In this document: positions 1 through 7,521 of the stretch, piece by piece
How the letters are laid out: each line of letters opens with the position of its first letter
Numbering within the stretch: the stretch's first letter is position 1
NCBI GenBank assembly: GCA_029856365.1
Contig: JAHQWW010000040.1
Span: 1-27,571, forward strand
Origin: Candidatus Hodarchaeota archaeon
Lineage (GTDB): Archaea; Asgardarchaeota; Heimdallarchaeia; Hodarchaeales; Hodarchaeaceae
Length of the DNA: 27,571 nt
Reading direction: 5' to 3'
Program-made: the position numbers and the translations under genes
The notes under the pieces: generated by a model
The model's input: the letters and a program-made list of their open reading frames with translations, nothing else
What the model was told of the DNA's origin: nothing
Database searches by the model: none

Positions 1-694
1 TGATGTTAATACCTGCACTAGCGCCGATTCTAAATTTAAGAGGATCAAGAATAAGTCCATTGGCAATTATGACTCGGGCAGCATCAGCATAGTTTCTAAT
101 TCCTCCAGCTGCTTTTACCCCCATATCAGGTCCTACTGTTTTTCTCATCAATTTTACATCGTAAGGGAAAGATCCATATACGCCAAATCCTGTTGAAGTC
201 TTTACAAACTCTGCACCAGCATCTTTACTGAGTTCACTTGCCTTAATCTTTTCTTCATCAGTAAGATAACAAGTTTCAATAATGACTTTTACTAATGCTT
301 TACCTGCAGCGCTTACTACACTTTCGATATCTGTTTGTACATACTTATACTCACCACTTTTTAACATACCAACATTAATGACCATATCGACTTCGTTAGC
401 GCCATTTTTGACTACATTTTTTGTTTCATAAGCTTTTGAATCGGTGCCCATCATCCCTAGGGGAAAACCAACAACAGAACAGACTTTGACATCAGTATTT
501 TTAAGAGTTTCAACGGCTAACGGAACATAAGAAGAATTAATACAAACAGAGTAAAAATTGTATTGAATTGCTTCATGACAGAGATTTTTTATCGCTTGAG
601 GCCCTTCCCATGCTGATAGTTTTGTATGATCTATCAGTTGAGCCATTTGGGCTGGAGTAACATCAAGTTTGAAGCCTTTAAAATCAATATCCAT
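1..694 (-). CDS. deoC: Deoxyribose-phosphate aldolase (3' end runs off the window; absent from the ORF track)
   Basis: Manual translation from ATG at 694: MDIDFKGFKLDVTPAQMAQLIDHTKL...CSVVGFPLG...EVDMVINVG...KVIIETC...FVKTSTGF...GVKAAGGIR...RIGASAG, all DeoC motifs. AAGGAG lies upstream. Confidence 0.95.
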   Translation of the reverse strand, partial: MDIDFKGFKLDVTPAQMAQLIDHTKLSAWEGPQAIKNLCHEAIQYNFYSVCINSSYVPLAVETLKNTDVKVCSVVGFPLGMMGTDSKAYETKNVVKNGANEVDMVINVGMLKSGEYKYVQTDIESVVSAAGKALVKVIIETCYLTDEEKIKASELSKDAGAEFVKTSTGFGVYGSFPYDVKLMRKTVGPDMGVKAAGGIRNYADAARVIIANGLILDPLKFRIGASAGINI

Positions 695-972
695 TTTGTA
701 AATACAACTCCTTTCTCATTTTTTTAAGAATTCTTGCATTAAATTTTCTTTCATCAGATTTTATCTCATTGATCCAGCTTTATTAGAGAATAAGACATGA
801 AAAACTCTCAAGCATTACAATAATTTGGTTTTCAATGCAAATAATACATAAATGATTTGGTTTGTTTCAATCAACTTATGTTGGGTTTTTATTCTAGAAT
901 TATATAGTAAAGCTTTTGAATTAATGATAAGTAAGGTGTATATGACTTAACTAACACTGGAAGAATATAAAA

Positions 973-1155
973 ATGGCAGGTAGTCATGGTTCGCTTACAA
1001 AAGCTGGAAAAGTCAGAAATCAAACCCCTAGAGTTGAAGCCAGGCCTCGGAGGGGGCTTACACCAAGTCTACGAAATAAAAAGAATTTCTTCAAGCGTGT
1101 GGAAAGAGGGATGCCAACTGGACAACCAGAATATAGACGCGAGAGTCGTATGTGA
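973..1155 (+). CDS. rps30e: 30S ribosomal protein S30e (eS30)
   Basis: [17 protein letters not shown] signature. Confidence 0.95.
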   Translation: MAGSHGSLTKAGKVRNQTPRVEARPRRGLTPSLRNKKNFFKRVERGMPTGQPEYRRESRM

Positions 1156-1161
1156 ATAAAA

Positions 1162-1395
1162 TTATCTTGATCGTATTCGTTCGCCACAACGTTCACAAAA
1201 TTTTCCTTCAGGATGTATTGAGGCACCACATCTTCTACAATAACGAACTATTTTGCCTTGCCTTGATTGTTCATCATCAGAGTATTCACGCCACGCTGAT
1301 TTATGAGGATCAACACCTTTCTTCTCTGCATATTCAAACCAAAATGATTTTTTTTCCTTTTTTTGAGTTCGACGAGGATCTTTTGCTTGAACTAT
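1162..1395 (-). CDS. Small zinc-ribbon protein (~77 aa), start codon uncertain (ATA)
   Basis: Open frame 1395->1162 translates to (I/M)VQAKDPRRTQKKEKKSFWFEYAEKKGVDPHKSAWREYSDDEQSRQGKIVRYCRRCGASIHPEGKFCERCGERIRSR*. The C-terminal CxxCG-x8-CxxCG is a typical zinc ribbon. GTGGTGG precedes the ATA. Confidence 0.7.
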   Translation of the reverse strand: MVQAKDPRRTQKKEKKSFWFEYAEKKGVDPHKSAWREYSDDEQSRQGKIVRYCRRCGASIHPEGKFCERCGERIRSR

Positions 1396-1576
1396 TTATT
1401 CCACCACGCTTTTCATGCTTTCCAATTAAACAAACTCTGATGTACTTAAAAAATTTTATTATCACAGAACTAGTGCAATATAGGTAATTCCCAGAAATCA
1501 TGGAAAAAGCATCAATCAACTTTTTTTAAGTATTTTAAGAATTCAATGAGGTATCATCACTGTATAGGTGATTATT

Positions 1577-1720
1577 ATGACTCCCTCATTAAAAAATTCA
1601 CTTATTATAAAGAAGGATGCTAAAATGAGGTTTGAAGTTAGAATAGAAGTATATAAAGTGACTGAATCACAAAGAAATGAGTATAACTCCTATATTCTCT
1701 ATAGTTTAGCAACTATTTGA
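1577..1720 (+). CDS. Possible 47-aa small protein
   Basis: AGGTGA SD 5 nt before ATG; MTPSLKNSLIIKKDAKMRFEVRIEVYKVTESQRNEYNSYILYSLATI*. No recognisable motif. Confidence 0.25.
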   Translation: MTPSLKNSLIIKKDAKMRFEVRIEVYKVTESQRNEYNSYILYSLATI

Positions 1721-1769
1721 AGGAAAAAGATATTAAAGTTAAAGATATCTCATTTAATAAAATAACAAA

Positions 1770-1867
1770 TGGTAGCGGCCGGAGGATTTGAACCATCCGA
1801 TCTCGGGGTTTCTCAAGATAGATTTCTTTATGAGCCCCGCGGGATAACCTAGCTACCCTAGGCCGCT
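1770..1867 (-). tRNA. Initiator tRNA-Met(CAT) with a 19-nt intron at 37/38 (1810-1828); CCA encoded
   Basis: Acceptor AGCGGCC/GGCCGCT (A1-U72), consecutive G-C pairs in the anticodon stem (CGGGG/CCCCG), loop CTCATA|A, TTCAAAT T-loop. BHB motif: CTCA/TGAG helix with TAA and AAA bulges. Confidence 0.95.
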
Positions 1868-2117
1868 CAATTATTTGGGCTATTTACCCTATTGATAATA
1901 ATTCTCTTTTTATTTATAAACACTCAGTTATTTTTTGATCCATTGCCAGAATTACGTAATAGTTAGTAGTCATATTCAGTTTTAAATTTTTCCACTCTCA
2001 CATCTCTACGAATGAGAACATAACTTTCCACATCAGAAATAAAAACCTCTAGCTCTTCCTTAAACCAAAAAATAATGGAAATCTAGTAATATGGATGTAT
2101 GATTGATAATTTGAGGA

Positions 2118-2459
2118 TTATTCAAAGAAAAACGCTTTAAATTCTGCATCCTGCTGCAACAACTCAGTCACCTGTAAACCAAGGGGCGTTAATTGCCAGC
2201 CTTGTTCTCCTCGTTCGACTAATCCAAGTTCAAGTAATGATCTACTATACTTCCCTGTTCGAATATGACTTCTAATGGTATCCAAACCCACACCAATTAT
2301 CTTGCTAAGCCGTTTATAGCCTACTGAATCACGATATAACTCAATTAAAATGCGTTTTTTGGTTCTCCCGAGTCTTTCAATGACCTTGGTGGGATCTGAG
2401 CTCTGTTCTTGTTGTGAATCTTGTGTATCTGGAATATCCTCGGATTCTTTCTCAGCCAT
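2118..2459 (-). CDS. Winged-helix DNA-binding protein (ArsR-like)
   Basis: KKRILIELY...YKRLSKIIGVGLDTIRSHI...LLELGLVER...WQLTPLG wHTH pattern; 9 nt downstream of rpl44e. Confidence 0.7.
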   Translation of the reverse strand: MAEKESEDIPDTQDSQQEQSSDPTKVIERLGRTKKRILIELYRDSVGYKRLSKIIGVGLDTIRSHIRTGKYSRSLLELGLVERGEQGWQLTPLGLQVTELLQQDAEFKAFFFE

Positions 2460-2468
2460 TTTTTTTCC

Positions 2469-2771
2469 TCATACTCGGGTGATTTCAGTTCTTCTAGCTC
2501 TAGGACGACTACGAATCCATTTTTTTCCACATTCAGAACATGTAATCCGGAGATCAACTTTCTTTGTGGTTTTTGAGGTCATATTTCTCGCAGCAATCGG
2601 CCTGCGAGAATATCTTCCATGATTGCCAATACGACTTGTCCACCGAGCGCTCCTTCGACTCCCTTGGCTCATTCCTCCTCCTCTTTGACGCGGTTTCTCA
2701 ACTTTTACATCTTGGGATGTGTGTTTGTTGCAATTGGGACAGAATGTGCGCATTCTAGAAGGAATTTTCAT
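2469..2771 (-). CDS. rpl44e: 50S ribosomal protein L44e (eL42)
   Basis: MKIP..MRTFCPNCNKHT...KTTKKVDLRITCSECGK zinc-finger signature. Confidence 0.95.
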   Translation of the reverse strand: MKIPSRMRTFCPNCNKHTSQDVKVEKPRQRGGGMSQGSRRSARWTSRIGNHGRYSRRPIAARNMTSKTTKKVDLRITCSECGKKWIRSRPRARRTEITRV

Positions 2772-2773
2772 CC

Positions 2774-2833
2774 TAGGTTATCTCCATTCCTATATTAATA
2801 TCAGAAACTTTTATTTTAGGTTGTCTCCATTCC
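2774..2833. repeat. 17-bp direct repeat (1 mismatch) upstream of rpl44e
   Basis: TAGGTTATCTCCATTCC (2774-2790) and TAGGTTGTCTCCATTCC (2817-2833). Confidence 0.85.
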
Positions 2834-2913
2834 CAATCGGTTTTAGACCGAATATATAAATTTAATCTGATTTGAGTATTTCGTTCTTATAATTTTAATA
2901 TCCATTTTGTATG

Positions 2914-2937
2914 ATTATGGTATCTATTATGGTATCT
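2914..2937. repeat. Perfect 12-bp tandem repeat in the divergent promoter region
   Basis: ATTATGGTATCT twice (2914-2925, 2926-2937). Confidence 0.85.
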
Positions 2938-3075
2938 TTTTTATTTCTATACTTATGTTAAAAATTAAATATTTAGAGAAATATAAGCCTTTAGCCATTT
3001 CCAATAGACGGAAGATAATAATGATCTAACGATACTTCTAAAAACTTTGCACATAATCCCTTTCTATGAATAATA

Positions 3076-4221
3076 TTGCCTTTATTGCCTTTAAATCCAA
3101 AATATAAGACGATTATTGAACTAGGTCTGCTTTTAGGCTTTGCTATTCTGATTGCAATAGCTGTTTCTGCTGGAATCACGATTTTCTTGGGTGGATCTAG
3201 GCACCCTACTGTAGCAGTGACCACAGGTAGCATGCTTCCCATTTACAACGGTTTTCAAGATGGTGAATATACAGATATCTACCCCTTTCGTGGAGATATC
3301 CTTCTTGTGAAAAAAATTCCAATTGAATCGATAGAAGTGGGAGATGTTATCGTTTTCAATACCACAAATGTATCTGATCCTGTTGTACATCGTGTTGTTG
3401 CAAAATGGCAACATAATGGTGAATACTTCTTCATAACGAATGGGGACAACAATCTTTCACCGGATAAATGGGAAGATGTAGAGGGAACGATTTCTGGAGA
3501 TAAAGTTTTCGGAGTTGTAGTCCTTCGGATCCCTCACATTGGTTGGTTCTTGTTAGTAGTACAAACAACTTTTGGAAAAATAATTATCCTAGCGCTTGCA
3601 GTTCTCATTCTATTTGTTGGAGACGAATCAGAAGAGGAAGCCTCATCTATCAAGAAAAAACAGAATTTTATACATCAAGAAGAAAACACTAATCTGCTAT
3701 CAAAGATTAAGGTCATAGGAACCAAAATAATACAAAATAAGAGTTATCTATATGTTTTTCTCGCTCTAATGATTCTCATCTTATTTTTAAGTGCTAATTT
3801 ACTAGGTAGTCTTGTTAATCCTCCATCAGTCAAACTTTATCGTATTGAAGATGAATCTCGAATAGCTAATCTTATTCTGGCACCCTCACCTCTCTCTGTT
3901 AGTGGGAATAAAGATCTTTATTCTTGGAAAGATCATACCAATCAAACTATTTTCTTTTTCCCCATTCAAATCGAGATTCAATCAGGGGGAATTTTCAATA
4001 ATATTGATTGCATTGAAATTCGTGTTAATGAGACCAAAGGACTCTATCGTTGGACCACTGTTTACAACTTCATTGGGACACGTATTTTTGAGGGAGCAAT
4101 TATTGCAGTCATGGATAGCAATACTATTGCTAATGCCTCGGTTTCTGTAACCATGTATTCACGGGGATTACTTGCGTCTTCTCCCCCCCCCCATTCTTTC
4201 TCAATCATTTTACGAAGTTAA
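3076..4221 (+). CDS. sec11: Signal peptidase I (Sec11/S26B type) with an extra C-terminal TM plus extracytoplasmic domain
   Basis: TGSMLP (catalytic Ser), GDIL, VGDVIVF, VVHRV (His), TNGDNN, IPHIG. About 190 aa longer than a typical Sec11. TTG start uncertain. Confidence 0.9.
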   Translation: MPLLPLNPKYKTIIELGLLLGFAILIAIAVSAGITIFLGGSRHPTVAVTTGSMLPIYNGFQDGEYTDIYPFRGDILLVKKIPIESIEVGDVIVFNTTNVSDPVVHRVVAKWQHNGEYFFITNGDNNLSPDKWEDVEGTISGDKVFGVVVLRIPHIGWFLLVVQTTFGKIIILALAVLILFVGDESEEEASSIKKKQNFIHQEENTNLLSKIKVIGTKIIQNKSYLYVFLALMILILFLSANLLGSLVNPPSVKLYRIEDESRIANLILAPSPLSVSGNKDLYSWKDHTNQTIFFFPIQIEIQSGGIFNNIDCIEIRVNETKGLYRWTTVYNFIGTRIFEGAIIAVMDSNTIANASVSVTMYSRGLLASSPPPHSFSIILRS

Positions 4222-4223
4222 AG

Positions 4224-4988
4224 ATGAAAATCATGACTAACATTTGCTATTTGGTTGGTACTGCTGGATCAGGCAAAACTATGCTTACGTCATCCCTTCA
4301 ACAATATTTAACTACGAAAGGAGCCTCTCTCACCATAGTTAACCTTGACCCTGCAGTTCAATATATTCCTTACAAAGCAGATATTGACATTCGAGATTAT
4401 ATTGATTTTGATAGATTAGTCGATGAATATAAATTAGGCCCAAATGGTGCTATGATTGCAGCTGCAGATTTAATAGCAGATTACATTGTTGAAATACGTG
4501 AGGATATCGAGGAATTAGGTGAAAGCTCTGCAGTGGTATTAGTTGACACTCCTGGTCAAATGGAGCTTTTTGCATATCGCCATTCTGGTTTGAAAATATC
4601 AGAGAGCTTTCCAAAGGACACATCATTACTAACTTTTTTGTTTGATTCCAGCCTTATCTCTCAAATATCAGGATTTATTTCAATCAGTCTACTAGCAACA
4701 TCAGTTCAAATACGCCTAAACCTTCCTGTTACTCATGTTATAACAAAGAGTGATCTGTTGAAACCTCATCAGATTGACGATATTTTAGCATGGCGAGAGG
4801 ATCCATATGGGGCTATTGAGGAACTTTATGGCATGACCCGTGAATTTTCCGCACGAGCAGGACAGATAATTGAAGGGATGGGCCAAATTCCCTTAATACC
4901 CGTGAGTGCTCTTTCAGGGGAGGGCTTAGAACTGCTTAGTGCTCAAATTAGTCGTATTTTTGTAGCTGGTGAAGATTGGTCTATTTAA
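4224..4988 (+). CDS. GPN-loop GTPase
   Basis: GTAGSGKT, NLDPA, LGPNGA, DTPGQMELF, TKSD, PVSA. Confidence 0.95.
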   Translation: MKIMTNICYLVGTAGSGKTMLTSSLQQYLTTKGASLTIVNLDPAVQYIPYKADIDIRDYIDFDRLVDEYKLGPNGAMIAAADLIADYIVEIREDIEELGESSAVVLVDTPGQMELFAYRHSGLKISESFPKDTSLLTFLFDSSLISQISGFISISLLATSVQIRLNLPVTHVITKSDLLKPHQIDDILAWREDPYGAIEELYGMTREFSARAGQIIEGMGQIPLIPVSALSGEGLELLSAQISRIFVAGEDWSI

Positions 4989-5386
4989 AAGAGCTGTATC
5001 ATCCACACCAAAGAAGTAAATACTATAAAAAGAATTACAAAGGTGAAAGTCCCAGACAACCATAATCGTTTCTGATCAACCTGATCATATGGGATTTTAA
5101 GGCCATATCGCACAAAAGTGACACAGATAATCAAACTTCCAATAAGAATTACTATCCAAAGTTCTGGGGAGACATTTGACAACAGAAAAATTAATCCTGT
5201 AGCTATCCCGCCACCTACGCCAAAACAGATTTTGGTATAATACATTTTTGTATTGGGTGCAAGCCCTTGAGGCTTCGTTGCGCTTGGTTCGGACTCTAGC
5301 TCAAAAGATGAATCATCAGTTGGACGTTTGATTCTGCGAATCTTACGTTGACTGATATATCGCCGCTCTTTACTCAATTTCAACAC
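4985..5386 (-). CDS. EMC6/Rab5ip-like 3-TM membrane protein
   Basis: YYTKICFGVGGGIATG...WIVILIGSLII...LWLSGTFTFVILFIVFTSLVW follows the EMC6 pattern (Y.R...S...G..AG...G..T....W). Recognised by eye. Confidence 0.6.
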   Translation of the reverse strand: MLKLSKERRYISQRKIRRIKRPTDDSSFELESEPSATKPQGLAPNTKMYYTKICFGVGGGIATGLIFLLSNVSPELWIVILIGSLIICVTFVRYGLKIPYDQVDQKRLWLSGTFTFVILFIVFTSLVWMIQLF

Positions 5387-5603
5387 TTATTAACAATGGT
5401 TTGAGCTTTTTGAATAATAGCTTAGTACAACTCCTCTTATGTTATGATAATAATCCTTTTTACTGACTTGAAAATTAAGCTTGTATCTATTATTCTAATA
5501 TACATCTGAATAACAAAATTCAGTTTGTTTTAATAAGCAAATTATTCTCACTATTTTTGTCCAAAATTACCTTTCAGCAATTAATCCAATAGAGAGGATT
5601 ACT

Positions 5604-6218
5604 ATGAGTTACTCTGGGGAATATCTTGTAAAATTAGCCCGTAGAGCTATTGAAACTTACCTCAAAGAAAAAAGGAAAATTGCAATCCCTGAAAATGCAC
5701 CAAAGAATCTTTTTGATCAGTCTGGTGCCTTTGTAACACTTCATCTTGTTGTTAAGGGGAGAGAACCAAGTTTAAGAGGATGTATTGGGCGAATTGAAAG
5801 CCCACATAGTTCTTTAATCCAATCAACCATTGATTCTGCAATTGATGCTGCTATCCGTGACCCACGGTTTCCTCCCGTTGGTTATGATGAAATAAAGTCA
5901 ATAACTGTTGAAGTCACTGTTTTGACTGTTCCAGAGGTACTTAATGTCAGAAATCCTCAAGATTATTTCAATTTAATCGAAATCGGAAAACATGGATTAA
6001 TAGCAGAACGAGGCCCATACCAACGAGGGCTTCTCTTGCCGCAGGTGCCTGTTGAGCAGAAATGGGATCTCCAAGAATATCTTAATTATGTTTGTTTGAA
6101 GGCGGGTCTTCCCAGTAAGGCATGGACTGATCTAAATACTAAAATTTCACGATTTGAGGGCTTTATTTTCACAGAAAAAACTCCAAATGGTGATATCGAA
6201 CAGAAAAAGATCAACTAG
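5604..6218 (+). CDS. AMMECR1/PH0010-family protein
   Basis: GAFVTL, LRGCIG, DPRFPP, GKHGL, GLLLPQV, CLKAG. Confidence 0.95.
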   Translation: MSYSGEYLVKLARRAIETYLKEKRKIAIPENAPKNLFDQSGAFVTLHLVVKGREPSLRGCIGRIESPHSSLIQSTIDSAIDAAIRDPRFPPVGYDEIKSITVEVTVLTVPEVLNVRNPQDYFNLIEIGKHGLIAERGPYQRGLLLPQVPVEQKWDLQEYLNYVCLKAGLPSKAWTDLNTKISRFEGFIFTEKTPNGDIEQKKIN

Positions 6219-6228
6219 CTTAGTTTAC

Positions 6229-7332
6229 TCAGAGTTTAAAAGATAAAAATTTCTCCAGTGTTGGATTATTGAAATCATTATAAATTTTAATAGAAACTTT
6301 TGATTGAAAGGGACAACAAGCGATCTGGTCTAAGTGATCTATGTTTATACTTTGACTGAAAAAACCTAGTTGAATCGGCCGTATTACCGATAAAAAAACA
6401 TGTTTCTCAAGGATTTCCAGTGCTTCTAATGACATTATTTCATTATTATAGTTAAAACAAGTCGGAGATATAATAATTGAAATCTTTTCCTTGTCAGCAA
6501 CTTCTTGGCATATTTTCTCACAATATACTTGACAGAATAAACACAGGGAAGAATGATCTTTGAAGGAACCTAATAGGTCTTTTATTGACATAACAATAAA
6601 ATCTCTATTGAATTGTGATCGAATGTGATCTAAAAAAGTATTTTCAGATGATTTCCCCGTCCTGAAAAAAATAGGTATTACTTCCACTCCCCTCTTCTTC
6701 ATCAACCAAGCTGCTAAAATCGAGTTGAAATTAGGTCGAATTAGAGCAATTGCTTTTCCTTGAGATTGAGATGGGATTCCATCAATCCCTCTGAAAATTT
6801 CTGTATATATGAAGGCTAATGGTCCTCGAATATCTATAAAAATCTGAAAATCTGGGGTTTCTAGATTAACTTTAATGCCTTCAATCTGAGATGATAAAAT
6901 TTCTGTACCTAATTTGCGTGCAATATCCTTTGAGGAAAAAGGGTGATTTCCTTCTCTACGAACACGAACAGCAAAACTGCTATGAGGCATGATGATAGCA
7001 ACAGCATTCGACAATCCTCTAGAAATGATGGATTTTTCTGTAGCTTCAACAACAAGTGCTGGACTGACAGAAGAAATACCACTAAGCGAAGTAACAATGA
7101 GATGTGACAACTTATTGAGATTATTATTAGATTCAGAATAAATAAGCAAACGATCTCTGAATTCAAAGATTTTGAAAGTGGGATATTTTTCTAAAAAGCT
7201 CTCAATATTACGTTTTAGCTGACTCACCATACGTCGACGAGTTTGCCAGCTTTTTATCCCTAATTCGCCACCAATACGTACTAGTATAACTTGTTTATTT
7301 ATTAAAAATAAGTTATTTGAAAATGAAACCAT
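6229..7332 (-). CDS. THUMP-domain ThiI-like protein with degenerate PP-loop
   Basis: ILVRIGGELGIKS, SFAVRVRR, KVNLETPD, GIDGIP..SQGK..., AAWLMKKRG follow the ThiI architecture. The expected SGGxDS is replaced by RPNFNS. Confidence 0.8.
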   Translation of the reverse strand: MVSFSNNLFLINKQVILVRIGGELGIKSWQTRRRMVSQLKRNIESFLEKYPTFKIFEFRDRLLIYSESNNNLNKLSHLIVTSLSGISSVSPALVVEATEKSIISRGLSNAVAIIMPHSSFAVRVRREGNHPFSSKDIARKLGTEILSSQIEGIKVNLETPDFQIFIDIRGPLAFIYTEIFRGIDGIPSQSQGKAIALIRPNFNSILAAWLMKKRGVEVIPIFFRTGKSSENTFLDHIRSQFNRDFIVMSIKDLLGSFKDHSSLCLFCQVYCEKICQEVADKEKISIIISPTCFNYNNEIMSLEALEILEKHVFLSVIRPIQLGFFSQSINIDHLDQIACCPFQSKVSIKIYNDFNNPTLEKFLSFKL

Positions 7333-7424
7333 ATTGATGACTTTCTGGATTCCTAGTTCAAATCAAAGGAAGTTTCATGTATTTTGCTTTAATCCCATAT
7401 TTGGAAGGTCATTGAACCTCAAAA

Positions 7425-7499
7425 CAACGTGCGAGTCAGAGTAACTATAAGATTTCATCGCTCGGCTCATCCTTGTCAGGTTTCATCATTTCGCCGCTG
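7425..7499 (-). ncRNA. Dual-guide box C/D sRNA (predicted 23S rRNA 2'-O-methylation guide)
   Basis: Minus strand order: terminal stem CAGCGGCGA/TCGC(A)CGTTG; box C ATGATGA (7489-7483); guide AACCTGACAAGG; D' ATGA (7470-7467); C' GCGATGA (7461-7455); guide AATCTTATAGTTACT; box D CTGA (7439-7436). Both guides complement conserved LSU rRNA sequence. Confidence 0.85.
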
Positions 7500-7521
7500 G
7501 ATGACCTTGATATGGGATCTA

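Noticed and set aside
1152-1487. 111-aa plus-strand ORF and the minus ORFs 1020-1229 and 1334-1519
   Set aside because: Shadows or wrong frames of the zinc-ribbon gene and rps30e; no protein-like motifs.
4183-4192. C10 homopolymer near the end of sec11 (phase variation)
   Set aside because: The frame is intact (PPP), and slippage would alter only the last ~10 residues.
7392-7518. SECIS or riboswitch interpretation of the hairpin after mak16
   Set aside because: No in-frame TGA in the flanking ORFs; the C/D box layout and two rRNA-complementary guides explain it better.
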